64,000 nucleotides of DNA from Asterias rubens (taxonomy: Eukaryota). The position numbers and the translations under genes are program-made. Of this stretch, positions 35,001 through 46,106 are shown in pieces. Where the stretch lies: the NCBI RefSeq assembly GCF_902459465.1, contig NC_047064.1, positions 18,972,001-19,036,000 on the forward strand, written 5' to 3'. The notes beneath the pieces were generated by a model. That model was not told the origin of the DNA and did no database searches. It saw only the letters and a list, made by a program, of their open reading frames with translations. Each line of letters begins with the position of its first letter. Position 1 is the stretch's first letter.

Positions 35001-38000
35001 GCTGCCCTGAGCAACATCTGCATCCATGGCCACAACTGCCAAGTCAGAGACAGTCAAAGTTGAGGCTTCTATTTCATCACTTCAATCCCTTAAACCATCA
35101 TCATTGTATTGTGAAACCTCAAACTCTCAGTAACATTTGGAGTTGACACTTACCAACAATCATAGGTTATAGGGGGCGTAGTCGACCTCAATGCCATCGG
35201 CCTACAGCATGATCAGACTGTTTGAGCTGCCCAGGATCGGCCTGGATGGCACAGTCAAATTTGTAACATTGAAAAAACCCATGGTCACAACGTCTCTAGC
35301 CGAGTTCGGCTCGAGTATCGCCAACTATATATATTATTTAGAGGACACAGAAACACAAAGCAGAAATGATTCGGGGCTTCAAAATGTACTCTTAAAGGGA
35401 AGGTACACGGTTGGGAATTGGGCTCAATTGGTCATTGAAGTTGCAAAAAAATGATGAAAGAAAAAACACCCTTGTTGGACGAATTTGTGTGCTTTCAGAT
35501 AGGAATAAAAGACTTCTTGCTGGAAGTCTTTTATTATTTTAGTGAGAAATTACCTCTTTCTCAACAAACTATGTTACTTCAGAGGGAGTCGTTTCCCACA
35601 ATTTGTTTTGAGTAATTACCAAATGTGGACCTTCCCTTTAAGAAGCATTTCCTCTTTATAACAGTGCTCTTTATAGCGAGGGTTGACTGCTTGAGTCTGA
35701 TGTAGCCACTAGTGTAGTTTTGTTATTTTATTTTTTTGTTTTTTTTATGCAAGTCGCCAGACACACAAGGCCTGAAGGCCACTTCAAGGTGTGGGCTACA
35801 ATTTTTTTTCCAGAGGCCGTTGCGACCTACTCCTAGGGCTGAAACAGGTTTCCCTTTTACAGTCCATACGGATGTAGGCTTGGGTATCATCAATCCGATG
35901 CCTGGTCGGTAGAGCAGAAAGCACTACCTCCCCAATTAGAGGTGAAAGGGCACTGAAAAATCCCCCCCCCCCCACAGTAGTGTGGATGGGGTCTACGAAC
36001 GAATACTTACCGGTAAAGTCGAATTACCAATTTGCATATTCCCTATGCCGCGAGGCAAAAATGCTAAGACTTTCACACACAATAGCGCCCTCCACCGTCC
36101 TACCTATAACGCCCCGCGACATGCCCGTCACGGAGTCGTCCTCTTTTCGATGAGCCCTACTAAATGTAAGCACCCAAGGACCGAGTATGTGGGGAAGGAG
36201 GGAGGGATACTCTACCGGTAAGTATTCGATCGTAGACCCCATCCACACTACTGTGGGGGGGAGTCTACTTCACTTACCGGTAGAGTCGAATTACTAATTT
36301 GCATAGACTCGCACCGAGGAAAAGGCGGTGGGTATACGCGGTGCTACTGCATGTCTTAAGGGGGGCGTAGGACCCCGGCGCGGCCGTTAGGCCCGATAGT
36401 GGTCCATGCCCAAAACCTACAGGGGGTGTCGTCCCACGGGTGAGCAAAACATTATAAGTATTGTTAGCACTGTATTACCGTGGAAAAACTCACCTAAACA
36501 CGTGACTGACGAGGTGGAGCTTGTTCTGGCTTTGCAGCTTGGCTGCATTGTGTGTGAAAGTCTTAGCATTTTTGCCTCGCGGCATAGGGAATATGCAAAT
36601 TAGTAATTCGACTCTACCGGTAAGTAGAGTGAAGTAGACCTTATGAGTTTGTTCTCCATTTTTCATCCATATATTAGAAATGGTAATAAATCAACATCTT
36701 TACTGAAGTTTGAATGGAGATTCGAAATTATGTAATTAATAATTATGTAGATTCAAGAATGTAATAACCAAACTTGTTGTACAGACAGCTTTGGATCTGA
36801 CGATGTTTTTTCTTCTTTGGTTGACAGGGATCTGCTATAATTCGGATGTTGAAAGACTACCTCCCGGACAATGTATTCCAAAAGGGTCTTCAAAGCTATC
36901 TTAAGAAGTTTCAGTTCAGCAATGCAAACACCAACGACCTATGGAATTCTATCTCGGTGAGTACAATTTTAAAAAAGCAATTCCTGATTCAGTGTGGGCA
37001 ATTCACATCACAGCACAACCTCTGCAGTTACCAGCCATGATATTCTTCCTACGTTAGTCCGAGTTACAATTTTTGTGCCCGTCAGACAAATTACGAATAA
37101 AAAGCCTGAGATGTTTTTTAACTCTTTCATGCGCCGACCGGTTGCTAACAACCGGTATAATTTCTTTCAGAAAAATAGATGTACACTAACAAATATAGAT
37201 AGCATGACCATGCAGTTTTCATAAATGAGAGAGAGGACTCTGAAGGGTGCTAATGACCTACTTTTTGGGATGGTCACCATTTGCACAAAAAAAAGAGTAA
37301 ACGATTATTGTGTTCATTTGACCAAATTATCACCAAAATGAATGGTGCATAAAATGGTAATTATCTAGTTGTTAAATTGTATTCATAAATACCCCAGACA
37401 GTTTCTCTACTCCTATTGGTGGAGAGTGCGTCACGTGGGGGTGTTTAAACAGTTGATAATGACTAGTGTTTATAACTGGCTGGCTTCCGCGTGTCAGGCG
37501 TGCAAGATTATCACGCAGAACGCAATTCATAGCTATTAGTAACAGCGCGTAATCTACTTCTAAGCGCGCGCACGTAATCTATTTTAAAGCATGCGCATAC
37601 ACACAACCCACGCGCAACAGACTCTTCAGAAAGTTTTTGAAACAAATATTTCAAACCTCGAATTTTCAACCGTCAAAGTGTCTGTAATTGTATTTTTTTA
37701 AATGTTTTTTATCAAAAGGGCATTCATGAATGGGAATAAACTCTCAAACGTCCGTTTAAAACCTTGCAGTGTCGTTGCCGTGCGCTAAAGGCCCTCGCCT
37801 TCGGCTCGGGCCTTTACCACATGGCAATTCGGCCCTGCCAACTTTAAATGGCCATCTAAGAACTCGTCGCTACCCTTTTATTCCCTTATTTGAAATGACT
37901 TAAGCAGGGCATTACATTTTTATAAGCACTTTTTTTTCTAACAGGAAGTCGCAAATGATGGGGCAGTTGGAAGTCTGTCAGATATGATGGACACTTGGAC

Positions 38001-41000
38001 ATTACAGATGGGATACCCTGTGGTCAATCTGACCCGTAAAGGACCACAAGTCTCCGCCACTCAAGAGCATTTCTTACACTCGCCTAATGTGAAACCATCG
38101 CCAGATTTCCCCTCACCTTACAAGTAGGTGGTTATTGTAACTCCAGTATTGCACAACCCCAGGAGTTTATTTATTTATTTATTTATTTCCAGGCAAACAG
38201 TACATACAAAGAATAGGCAATAAAAATATGACTACATAGAGAACAAGCCTGTGGATAACCAAAAAGCGAAAATAATCACTATCTAAAGGCGATCCAGAAA
38301 ATAAAAATAACAAAGGCGCAAAAGGGTACAAAGACAAAAAACGTCGCAAAAATTTTGAAAATAGCACATCATATACCATATCAAATGTAGATGTATACCA
38401 AATCTATAGAAAATCCATTAAAATTCCCCAAAAAGGGCCTGACAGCACATTTTGTATAAGAGTTTGAGTTTAGGGGAAAACTCACAAAACCAGCATTGAT
38501 TTATGAATGAAATATTCCTTCATGCATGTACATTGTAGTTTAACAATTGAACCTTTTGAATTTTGAAGAAAAGAAAAAAACATTCAGAGAAGATTTATCA
38601 ATTTGATTTTATATTTTGTTTTTATCCCTACAGCTATCGATGGATTATTCCTCTGACATACTTTACAAGTGATGCCATGTCTGAGAAGAAAACCAAACTT
38701 ATGGACAAAGGCCAGGGTAAGTTAAACAGAAGCTAGCCCCCCCCCCTTTTTTTTTTTTTTTAAATTAAACCATCTGGAACCACTTTCATTGAGCTGCTTG
38801 AACACTAATCTGCACAGGGGAAAAAAAGACTTCAGAAATAGGCTACCAACCATAATGCATTGTATAATGGATGTGACTGGTCGCATGCAAATTTCTTCTT
38901 TAGGGGGCAAAACTACTCAGCAGTGTCTGCCTTGAGGCTCTGTGCAAAAATCACGAAGTTGTGATTCAGTAAATAGACATTGATATTTATTCTAGTCATT
39001 GTGAAATCAGCAGTTAGCTTGGTACGATTCGAACCCGCACCCTTGTAATTGCAAGTCCTGGACCACAGTGACCAGGGTTCAGTATGAAGGATTCAAACCC
39101 TCTTTCCTTTTGCTTCGGTATTTTAAGCTGAGGTGAGATTCAACTTGGATATTAACGTGAAGTGGATCAAAGCCAACATGAACCAGTCCGGGTTCTACCG
39201 AGTCAACTACGATGTCGACAATTGGAATGCTTTGATCAATCAACTAAAGGAGGATCACACCCAGCTGACGGCTGCAGACAGAGCCAACTTGGTGGACGAT
39301 GCTTTCAGCTTGGCATGGTAGTATTTTCTTATATTTTTATATTTGTTTACCCTCCTACTCTTTGGCCAATGAATCATCCACAAACCTCATTATTTTTGAC
39401 AAAAATGTTTACGATATATCTGATTAGTATCTTTCAATTTTGTCGAGCAACGAAGTTTACTTGATGAAGACCTTCTCTAAAAGTGTTTGTTTCAACTCAT
39501 TTTGATTCTGGTCCTTTAAAATAAATTGTGGGCCAGTACAAATTTTGAGCTACAAGCGTTGAATATTTCCCCCAAACTTGAGCCTTGAATATGATGGTAT
39601 AATTTTTGTGAGGCTGGTTTTGTTTTGCCAAATTCATGTCGGCCATTTAAAGGTCCCTAAACCTGCCCTTGCAGTGCTGAGTTGCGAAAAGGATAGCTTT
39701 CAGTCGACCGCTCTTAATGAAAAAATACTCTCATCAGAGATCGACTGAAAAGGGCGCACTTCATTGTGACTCAATTGTGTTGTAACATGTATTGATAAAA
39801 CTCTTGATTTCAGGGCAGATAAGTTGAGCCATAGCATCCCTTTGGAGATGTCTCTTTATTTGCTGAAGGAGCATGAATATGGTCCTTTGAGTGCTGCTGT
39901 TAGCAACCTGAATAAAATAGGCAGTGTCATGCGGAGCACCAAAGGATACAGCTCATTTGTGGTAAGTTTATTTTCAAGAGAAAATTAGATTTAGCTTTTG
40001 CAACCAAAATGATCTGTGGTATATGCAAAAAAAAATAGTTAGCGGTTTGACGTATCGATCCTAGCATAGTCTTTCTCGAAGGCTACAAGTCATATGTGGT
40101 ATGTTTATTTTTAAAACTTTTAGCTTTGTTTTGTTTTCTCCGTTTTCTAAAATAAAAAAAATCACCAGCCTTAAGGCCAAACTTAATTTCTAAACGGGTA
40201 CCAAAGTTACCGAAGCACCAAGCATACTTGCTTGCGGAGTTAACAATTGTAAACACACATATGCAAGTTTTCTATAAGCTATTTTGAGAAATGAAAACCA
40301 AAGTATGTTTAAAGGAACACGTTGCCTTGGATCGGTCGAGTTGGTCTTTGAAAAGCGTTTGTAACCATTTAGTATAAATTACATATGGGTAGAAAGATGT
40401 GGTAAAAGAAGAATACAATGATCCACACAAACATGCCTCGAAATTGCCGCGAGGAATTGTTATAAAAATCTTCAACAATTAATAACCAACCAGGGAAACC
40501 GATTTAATAAAAATAATTTTTGGTTGAACAAAGAAACATCGAGTAGAGGGAGAACCTGGGACATTTAGAGTAATGAGCTGGCACTCTACCAACTACAGTA
40601 AGCATAGAGCTATATATATTGACTAGAACGCTAACACCCCGTTATGCACGCACTAAGGTTTTGAAGCCGTGTGGGCGCATCCATGTTTATGTACAAACCA
40701 ATACAAAAGCTTGAAATGTTGTACGGCTATTTGCATGATAGTGCGTTTGTTCTTTTTTATGTGTCATCGAAGCAAAAAATGCAGCAAATGTGAATGCACA
40801 ATCTGCTGATCATCGTTCAAACTGCGAGCGTAATGTGGGTCATGTTTATAAGGCGCATATACTGTTTTTAGCACGTCAATCAAGTCGAAGTTACGGTTTT
40901 TGTAGCGCACACGGCGAATGTAAAAAAATCGTGGCAATGTGTATTCTCTTAAAATTAAAATCGTTCCGAATTCACGCAACACATCAAACATGTCGACGCC

Positions 41001-44000
41001 CAGGATGGCTTCAAAACGCAGAGCAAGTTAGCGCTCTAGTCAATATATATAGCTCTATGCAACTAAGCTATCTAGCCCTATGTTCGTAATCACCCTATTA
41101 ACAAAATATGTTTAGAAAAAATTAACTGTGAGCAGTCTACTGACAATAACCCCGGCATATTTTTCTTCCAGACATACATGCTGAAGCTGCTTACACCACA
41201 GATTGACCATTTCAACCAGACAGGCTGGGATGCTGAAACGACTCACTTAGGAGGGTAATTTTAATTCTTTCCTTGTACTGTTAATATTTTTTTAAATATA
41301 TTTTTAAATTATTTAAAAAAAACAATAAAAAAACCAGTCTGATATTAGAAGTATTTTACTATAACAGGCCATCACACCTCAATGGAAAAAAAATACAGTA
41401 GTGCACATACTTTAGTGTAATGTGTGCTTTGCGAAGTGCCGTCCTTAACAACAGTTGCATTTTCATTTTATTTTCCTTAAATAATTTGTGTGTTAATGTA
41501 TAGATTTTTCCTGTTTATTGTTAATTCCATTTTTCTTAATTCTGTAAAAACTTTGTAAATTTGAATGTTGTTGACCTTTCGGTTGTTTTTCATTCAGATT
41601 AAAATCAACCATTAACAATAACAATTTTTACACTCAATTCTTTATTTTCCTCTTTATCCAGCTTTCTCAAAACAACAGTTTTGTCTTCTGCCGTGCATCT
41701 TGGACACCCTGAGACTGTGGAACACACCAAAACTCTCTTCAGAAAGTGGAAGGAACACGGTACATTGTAAGTGACTATTTAAAATTGCACAGTTTGTAAA
41801 ATAAATACAAACCTTTTCTCATTATGAACTCGGTACATGGGGCAGTGTCACTTTATTTTTGGGTTTTTGGGTTTTTGGGTTGTTCTTTAGCCAGCCTGTT
41901 TTATCCCAGGAAGTCTATTTGTTATGGTGATGGTCTTTTTTGTCAATTTTGCAAAGAAGTAAAGTGTATATATTTGGCTACAGTAACACCATGTGTGTAT
42001 GTACGTGCCAGGTACATGTAGAGTGTATTCTTAGAGAACTTTTTTTTTTTTATTCTACTACCATGGAGTAAATTTATCGGATGTTTGGGAAACTTCTCAG
42101 TTCTGAAAAAGAACTGTCCTGCTTTTTTTAACTACAACCTGGGCAGAAGGTATAGAAAAATGGCTAGGACTACTACTTTAGCTTAAAGGATTGTAATTAA
42201 CTGCACTACTGCGGAGTCAGTTCTTGAACTGGTATCAACGTTTTCGCTAAGCTTGCTCTAGTCATCGACAGGAGTAAAGTGTACATTTCCACCCTAAACA
42301 TTGTGACCTTGTTTGAAATTCAAATTTGCCTCTGACTTTTGCAACAACTGTAAAACTGTTGCATATGTGTCACCGTTGTGTTTAGCAAGTCTTCATCTTT
42401 ACAGTACATCTATTTTTTGTCTTCTCCTATTTTCCCCTTTTATAGAGTGTCAGCTGATTTGCGTGCTATAGTGTATTGCTCTGGCATAGTTCACGGCACC
42501 AGGGACGACTGGGATTTCGGCTGGAAAAAATACAACACCACACGAGCAGCCAGTGAGAAGACCGTCTTACTCAGGGCACTATCGTGCACTTATGACCCCT
42601 TCTTGATAAATAGGTGAGTGGTAGAAGGACTTGTGAAATAAGTTCTGGTCGGGTAAAGATGTCTCGTACAAGCCCTGTGGTCTTGTTGTATTTTGTTTCA
42701 AATCTGAGCCCTGGGTAGTACTGGTATTATGGCCTATTGACCCATTTCACGCGACGTCATCATCAGAAAGATCTTGAATGCTCCATACTGGTGGGCAATT
42801 TCACTGTGCGTTTTTATATATAACTATGCTTTGCGTTATGCAGTGAAGTGCACATTTTAGGCGACGCGGCGTTAACACACGTAAACCTAACTGCCCACCA
42901 ACATGGTGAGCGTGGCATCAGTCGCCGCGTGTGACGCGCGTGCAAGGGGTCAATAGCATTTGGCACTGTTTTAAAAATATGTAAAATTTCACTAACATGT
43001 GCATGTAGACATTATGACTAAGGTTTATGCTCACTCGTGTGTACTTACTATACTACTTGTGCAATTTGGTGGTGGTGGAATGTTTCTCTGACGGATGGGT
43101 ATTTTGAGCAAAAAAGTGGCCTATTGCAGCTAAGGGCCGAATAAGGGGGAACAAAATTAATGAAGAATTATTTTTTTTAAAGTAAAAGAAATTTGTGAAG
43201 GAAACAAAAATGCATGCTTTAAAGGAATCCAAGTACATGTATTCAAACAATGTGTGAGATTTGTACTTGAATGTCTCTCAATAATTGCCTCTGTCTTTAT
43301 TCATGAAGGTATCTTCACTGGTCATTGGATGAGGATAAAATATCGAGCCAGAATACTGCGACTGTTATCGCTGCAGTTGCTGGTAATCCTGCTGGTGGTC
43401 ATGCTGCTCTTACATTTGTCATCGAGAACTGGGACATCTTGATCGAAAGGTAAAACTCCCTCAAGTTATTCAAAAATATGGTTAACTCATCACCTAAAAT
43501 GTTTAACTCTGACATGTCTGATTATTGTGGCATGCCGATTTCAGAGCATAATCAGTTACATACAACTAGATGCATGGGTCTGTTTAGAATTGATTCCACA
43601 ATTATAGCTTACTTTGAATTACGTTTGTTTGTATTTTTAAGGTATGAAAACAGCCCCTTTGAAATCAGCCAAATCATCAAGTCAGTGACATCAAGGATCT
43701 CAAGACAGTTTGAATACGACCAGGTAATCTCAAAAATATCATGTATTTTCTGATTAAAAGGTTTTGATACCTTTTGTAGATCACGTTTTTGGCCATGACA
43801 TGAACCCCTACTCATTGTGAATGGTGATGTATACATGTATACAATATAATTTACCTGTAGAAGTTTCAGCTTCAAGTTTTACAGAGCAATTTTCAGTGTG
43901 TTTAAGGGCACCCTTTTCAGCCAGCCGTATCGACCGATACTTGACCACGGATCATAATCATAGATCAAAAGTGTTTTATTTTTGCGGAGAGAGGAAAACT

Positions 44001-44438
44001 AGAAGGCCCGAAGAAAACGCTCATGTCATATGCACAACTCTACTTGCATAAAAGATTTGAAAATAAAACCAGGGCCCTTTCTCACCCCTGTCACCACCTA
44101 AAACACCTACTCCTAACCCCAGCCAAACCCACCAACTACCTCAGATAGACTTATTGCTCAAACATCTCTACATTTATGATTTGATTTTGTTTTACCCTTA
44201 CAGTGGGTACTTTCCCATGTCTTTGAAAACATCCATTACATTTATGCTAATTTTTTATTTTCTCTCTGTGATCTTTGTCTGTCAGGCATCTCAGTTTTTC
44301 ATATCGCATTTCAACGACTCTAAAACCGGGAAGCGGGCCGTGCAGCAAGCCCTGGAGAATATGAAGTCAAACATCCTGTGGTTGTCAACACACGAGGTGG
44401 AAGTAACAAACTGGTTCGAAGCCAACACAGGTTCTTAG
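29092..44438 (+). CDS. M1-family zinc aminopeptidase, type II membrane, ERAP1/ERAP2/LNPEP(IRAP)-like; 18 coding exons, 1025 aa
   Basis: Exons 29092-29616, 30605-30897, 31462-31735, 32652-32772, 33514-33668, 34048-34161, 34614-34748, 36828-36956, 37945-38123, 38634-38716, 39128-39317, 39814-39961, 41172-41254, 41662-41766, 42446-42613, 43309-43449, 43642-43723, 44286-44438. All introns are GT-AG and phases close, giving 3078 nt. Motifs: signal anchor ([23 protein letters not shown]), [52 protein letters not shown](x18)E (33651-34101), catalytic [21 protein letters not shown]. Exact orthology needs a tree. Confidence 0.95.
30941..31073 (+). mobile_element. 3' remnant of a CR1/L2-group LINE ORF2, aminopeptidase intron 2
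   Basis: Translates as ..[28 protein letters not shown], resembling the PRTIRDWNxLP..SLxxFK C-terminus of CR1-group RTs, with an in-frame stop. Confidence 0.5.
32095..32490. mobile_element. MITE family A in aminopeptidase intron 3
   Basis: TTAA at 32091-32094 and 32491-32494; family TIRs, slightly decayed. Confidence 0.88.
32838..32876 (+). ncRNA. Minimal hammerhead ribozyme motif (family 2, U3-A8 core), aminopeptidase intron 4
   Basis: GCCT-TTGAGAA-A-GACTCT gca AGGGTC-AAAA-CA-TC-AGGC. Stem I GCCT/AGGC and a 6-bp stem II pair; G12 is A and the stem III loop is CA rather than CG. Confidence 0.6.
33769..33815 (+). ncRNA. Minimal hammerhead ribozyme motif (family 1), degenerate, aminopeptidase intron 5
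   Basis: GCATTCTC-CTGAAGA-C-GATCAG agcgta CTGATT-GAAA-CG-CC-AGTGC. CUGANGA and GAAA are intact, U16.1 is C, and the 3' strand of stem I is damaged. Confidence 0.7.
34335..34385. ncRNA. Two inverted half-copies of the family-2 hammerhead motif, aminopeptidase intron 6
   Basis: The minus strand of 34335-34360 reads TTCTGCTAGGGTT-GAAA-CG-TC-AGGCC (3' half). The plus strand of 34361-34385 reads TTTGAGAAAGACTCTGCTAGGGTCG (5' half). Confidence 0.6.
35396..35637. mobile_element. MITE family B, deleted copy, aminopeptidase intron 7
   Basis: TTAA flanks 35392-35395 and 35638-35641; TIR AGGGAAGGT(A/C)CAC. Confidence 0.85.
35718..35950 (-). mobile_element. SINE 3' half with A-rich tail, internally deleted
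   Basis: The minus strand begins CCCTTTCACCTCT (as in the 26070 head) and ends GGCCTTGTGTGTCTGGCGACTTGCATAAAAAA plus an A-rich tail. The same tail occurs at 25366-25407 (+). Confidence 0.55.
35973..36640. mobile_element. Composite foldback element with nested inverted repeats, aminopeptidase intron 7
   Basis: 79-bp arms at 36005-36083 and 36547-36625 (2 mismatches). Further IR pairs are 35973-36015/36214-36255 and 36262-36308/36590-36639. Confidence 0.75.
39010..39072 (-). mobile_element. tRNA-derived SINE head fragment
   Basis: Minus strand ...GGACTTGCAATTACAAGGGTGCGGGTTCGAATCGTACC carries a B-box but cannot form a full cloverleaf. Confidence 0.45.
40045..40083 (-). ncRNA. Minimal hammerhead ribozyme motif (family 2), degenerate, aminopeptidase intron 12
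   Basis: Minus strand reads GCCT-TCGAGAA-A-GACTAT gct AGGATC-GATA-CG-TC-AAAC, with U4C, A14U and stem mismatches. Confidence 0.55.
40313..40446. mobile_element. Single arm of the AGGAACACGTTGCC MITE, aminopeptidase intron 12
   Basis: TTAA at 40309-40312, then one arm matching the 11979-12361 element. Confidence 0.75.
40603..41059. mobile_element. MITE with 33-bp TIR CATAGAGCTATATATATTGACTAGA(A/G)CGCTAAC (P-like CA termini), intron 12
   Basis: TIRs match at 32 of 33 positions; the flanks ACAGTAAG/CAACTAAG may be a decayed 8-bp TSD. Confidence 0.75.
42734..42956. mobile_element. MITE with TIR CTATTGACCC, aminopeptidase intron 15
   Basis: CTATTGACCCATTTCACG at the left end and CGTGCAAGGGGTCAATAG at the right end. 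Confidence 0.6.
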
Positions 44439-46091
44439 AATCACCATAGTATACAGTTCTTTCCAAAGATCGCAATTTTCTTCTTGACCCCTACCGTCAT
44501 CTGGGCCCAATTTCATGGATCTGCTAAACATTGAATTCTCGCTTACAGCCCATGGAAGTGTGAGCTGTGAATTCTGTGGTAAGCAGAGTCATGAAATTAG
44601 ATCCAGGAGTTTTCTTGGCTACCTGCTAAATGCAATAACATGCAACATGGTTGAAATGAAAACCCTGCTAACTACAGCAAAGTGCAACAGAGGATTAAGT
44701 TGCATTGTGAAGTGAACTGGTTTGCACAAACCTTGGCACTGGGCATTTTCCCGGTTTCTTATAACAATCTGTCCCCAAGAGGTTCTGTTCCCAAATGGGA
44801 AATTAAAATAAGTGGGAGAGGGTTGATTCAAAAGAGGGCGCTATCAGAAGAAATTTTAACACAGTTCGCCATATCTCCAGGGGGGGGCACAATCTCCTGC
44901 AACACTGGCACCAATATTCATTGAAGTTTGCTTTGGACTGGGATTGCATGTAAACATGCCAAGGCCATGTAGAACCCTGCTAAATGCAGCACAGTGCAAC
45001 AGAATATAGAATCGGGGTTGACTGCTAAATGCAACAAACTACAATAACTTGACAACCATTGTTACATTTTTTGTATTTTGCAGGGGTAGGGTTAGTCAAT
45101 GCATACACTGTACTTTCAGGTTTTGTCAAATTATTTCTTTCAGATACACAATATAAAAAAATATTTCCTGAGGAAATTGTGGCAATAACAAGAGACAATT
45201 ATTTCGTTCTCAACAATTTTAATGTGGTCCAACTAGTAACTGCACACTGTTGTTAATTTTGTCCAGATTTAATATATGTTTTTGTTTTTTTCTGTTTGTT
45301 TTGTATTTTTTTCTTTCTATTTTACTGTCATTGACTTGAAGTTGGGGGAAATTGCAACAACTTAATTGTAAAAGTTAAAATTTTTAAAAATTTACATAAG
45401 AATTCATATATATTTTTGTTTTAGCTCAGAAATTTTTCCTTTTTGTTTTACCTACTTAAAAAAACTTTCAAACTTGCCAGGGTCAAGGTGAGGGGATGGT
45501 TTAACATTTTGTAGAATAATAAGTATCTGTTATTAGAAGTCAATTGGGGACTTTTGAACGCTAAGTGGCAGCAGACTTGCCAGGATTGTTCTGAGCATGC
45601 TCCATAGAAAACGAACCCGCAGAATGCTTTTTGCCATACAGTAGACATCATGAACATTGACAAATGAAAACATGTAGAAATGGTCCGTGTGCGTATCACG
45701 TGATGATCATTTTGCCATACATGTACATGCGTGTCACATGGTGCGATAAGCCACGACACACGGGACGGTCGAGCTCAGCGTTCTCCGGGTTCTATTTGTA
45801 TGGCATGCTCACATTTCCAAGAACAATGGATCTTCCTTGTAAGTCTGCTATTTATTATTATTATTTATTCGGCCAGTGTCAAAAACAAATACATACAAGT
45901 AAAACAAAGGATAATAAGACTTCAAAAAAGGTAACTTAAATACAGGGTAACTAGAGGAGCGGGATTAGACAAAAGGGTACAGGACAGGTACGGGATGTGG
46001 AGGAAGGAAGAGGAAGGGACAACAATCCATTCTAAGACGGCCAGGATAAACAAAAGCGTACTACTACACTATGACTCAAAAGCCTGCTTAT

Positions 46092-46106
46092 GCTGCCACC
46101 TAGTGT
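46092..46106 (-). promoter_or_regulatory. CTCF-type motif
   Basis: Minus strand ACACTAGGTGGCAGC is a 14/15 match to CCASYAGRKGGCRSY. Confidence 0.4.

Noticed and set aside
10839-39072. tRNA B-box motifs (10839, 26124, ~39026-39035, ~33375)
   Set aside because: No complete cloverleaf forms, and they run into SINE body sequence, so they are SINE heads rather than tRNA genes.
42745-42772. CTGATGA...GAAA on the minus strand, resembling a hammerhead
   Set aside because: There is no credible stem II closing pair or stem I, and it lies within the end of the CTATTGACCC MITE.
29092-44438. Predicted length of 1025 aa equals that of human LNPEP
   Set aside because: Coincidental: the tail is shorter and the stalk longer, and the true start codon is uncertain. 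Not used as evidence of orthology.
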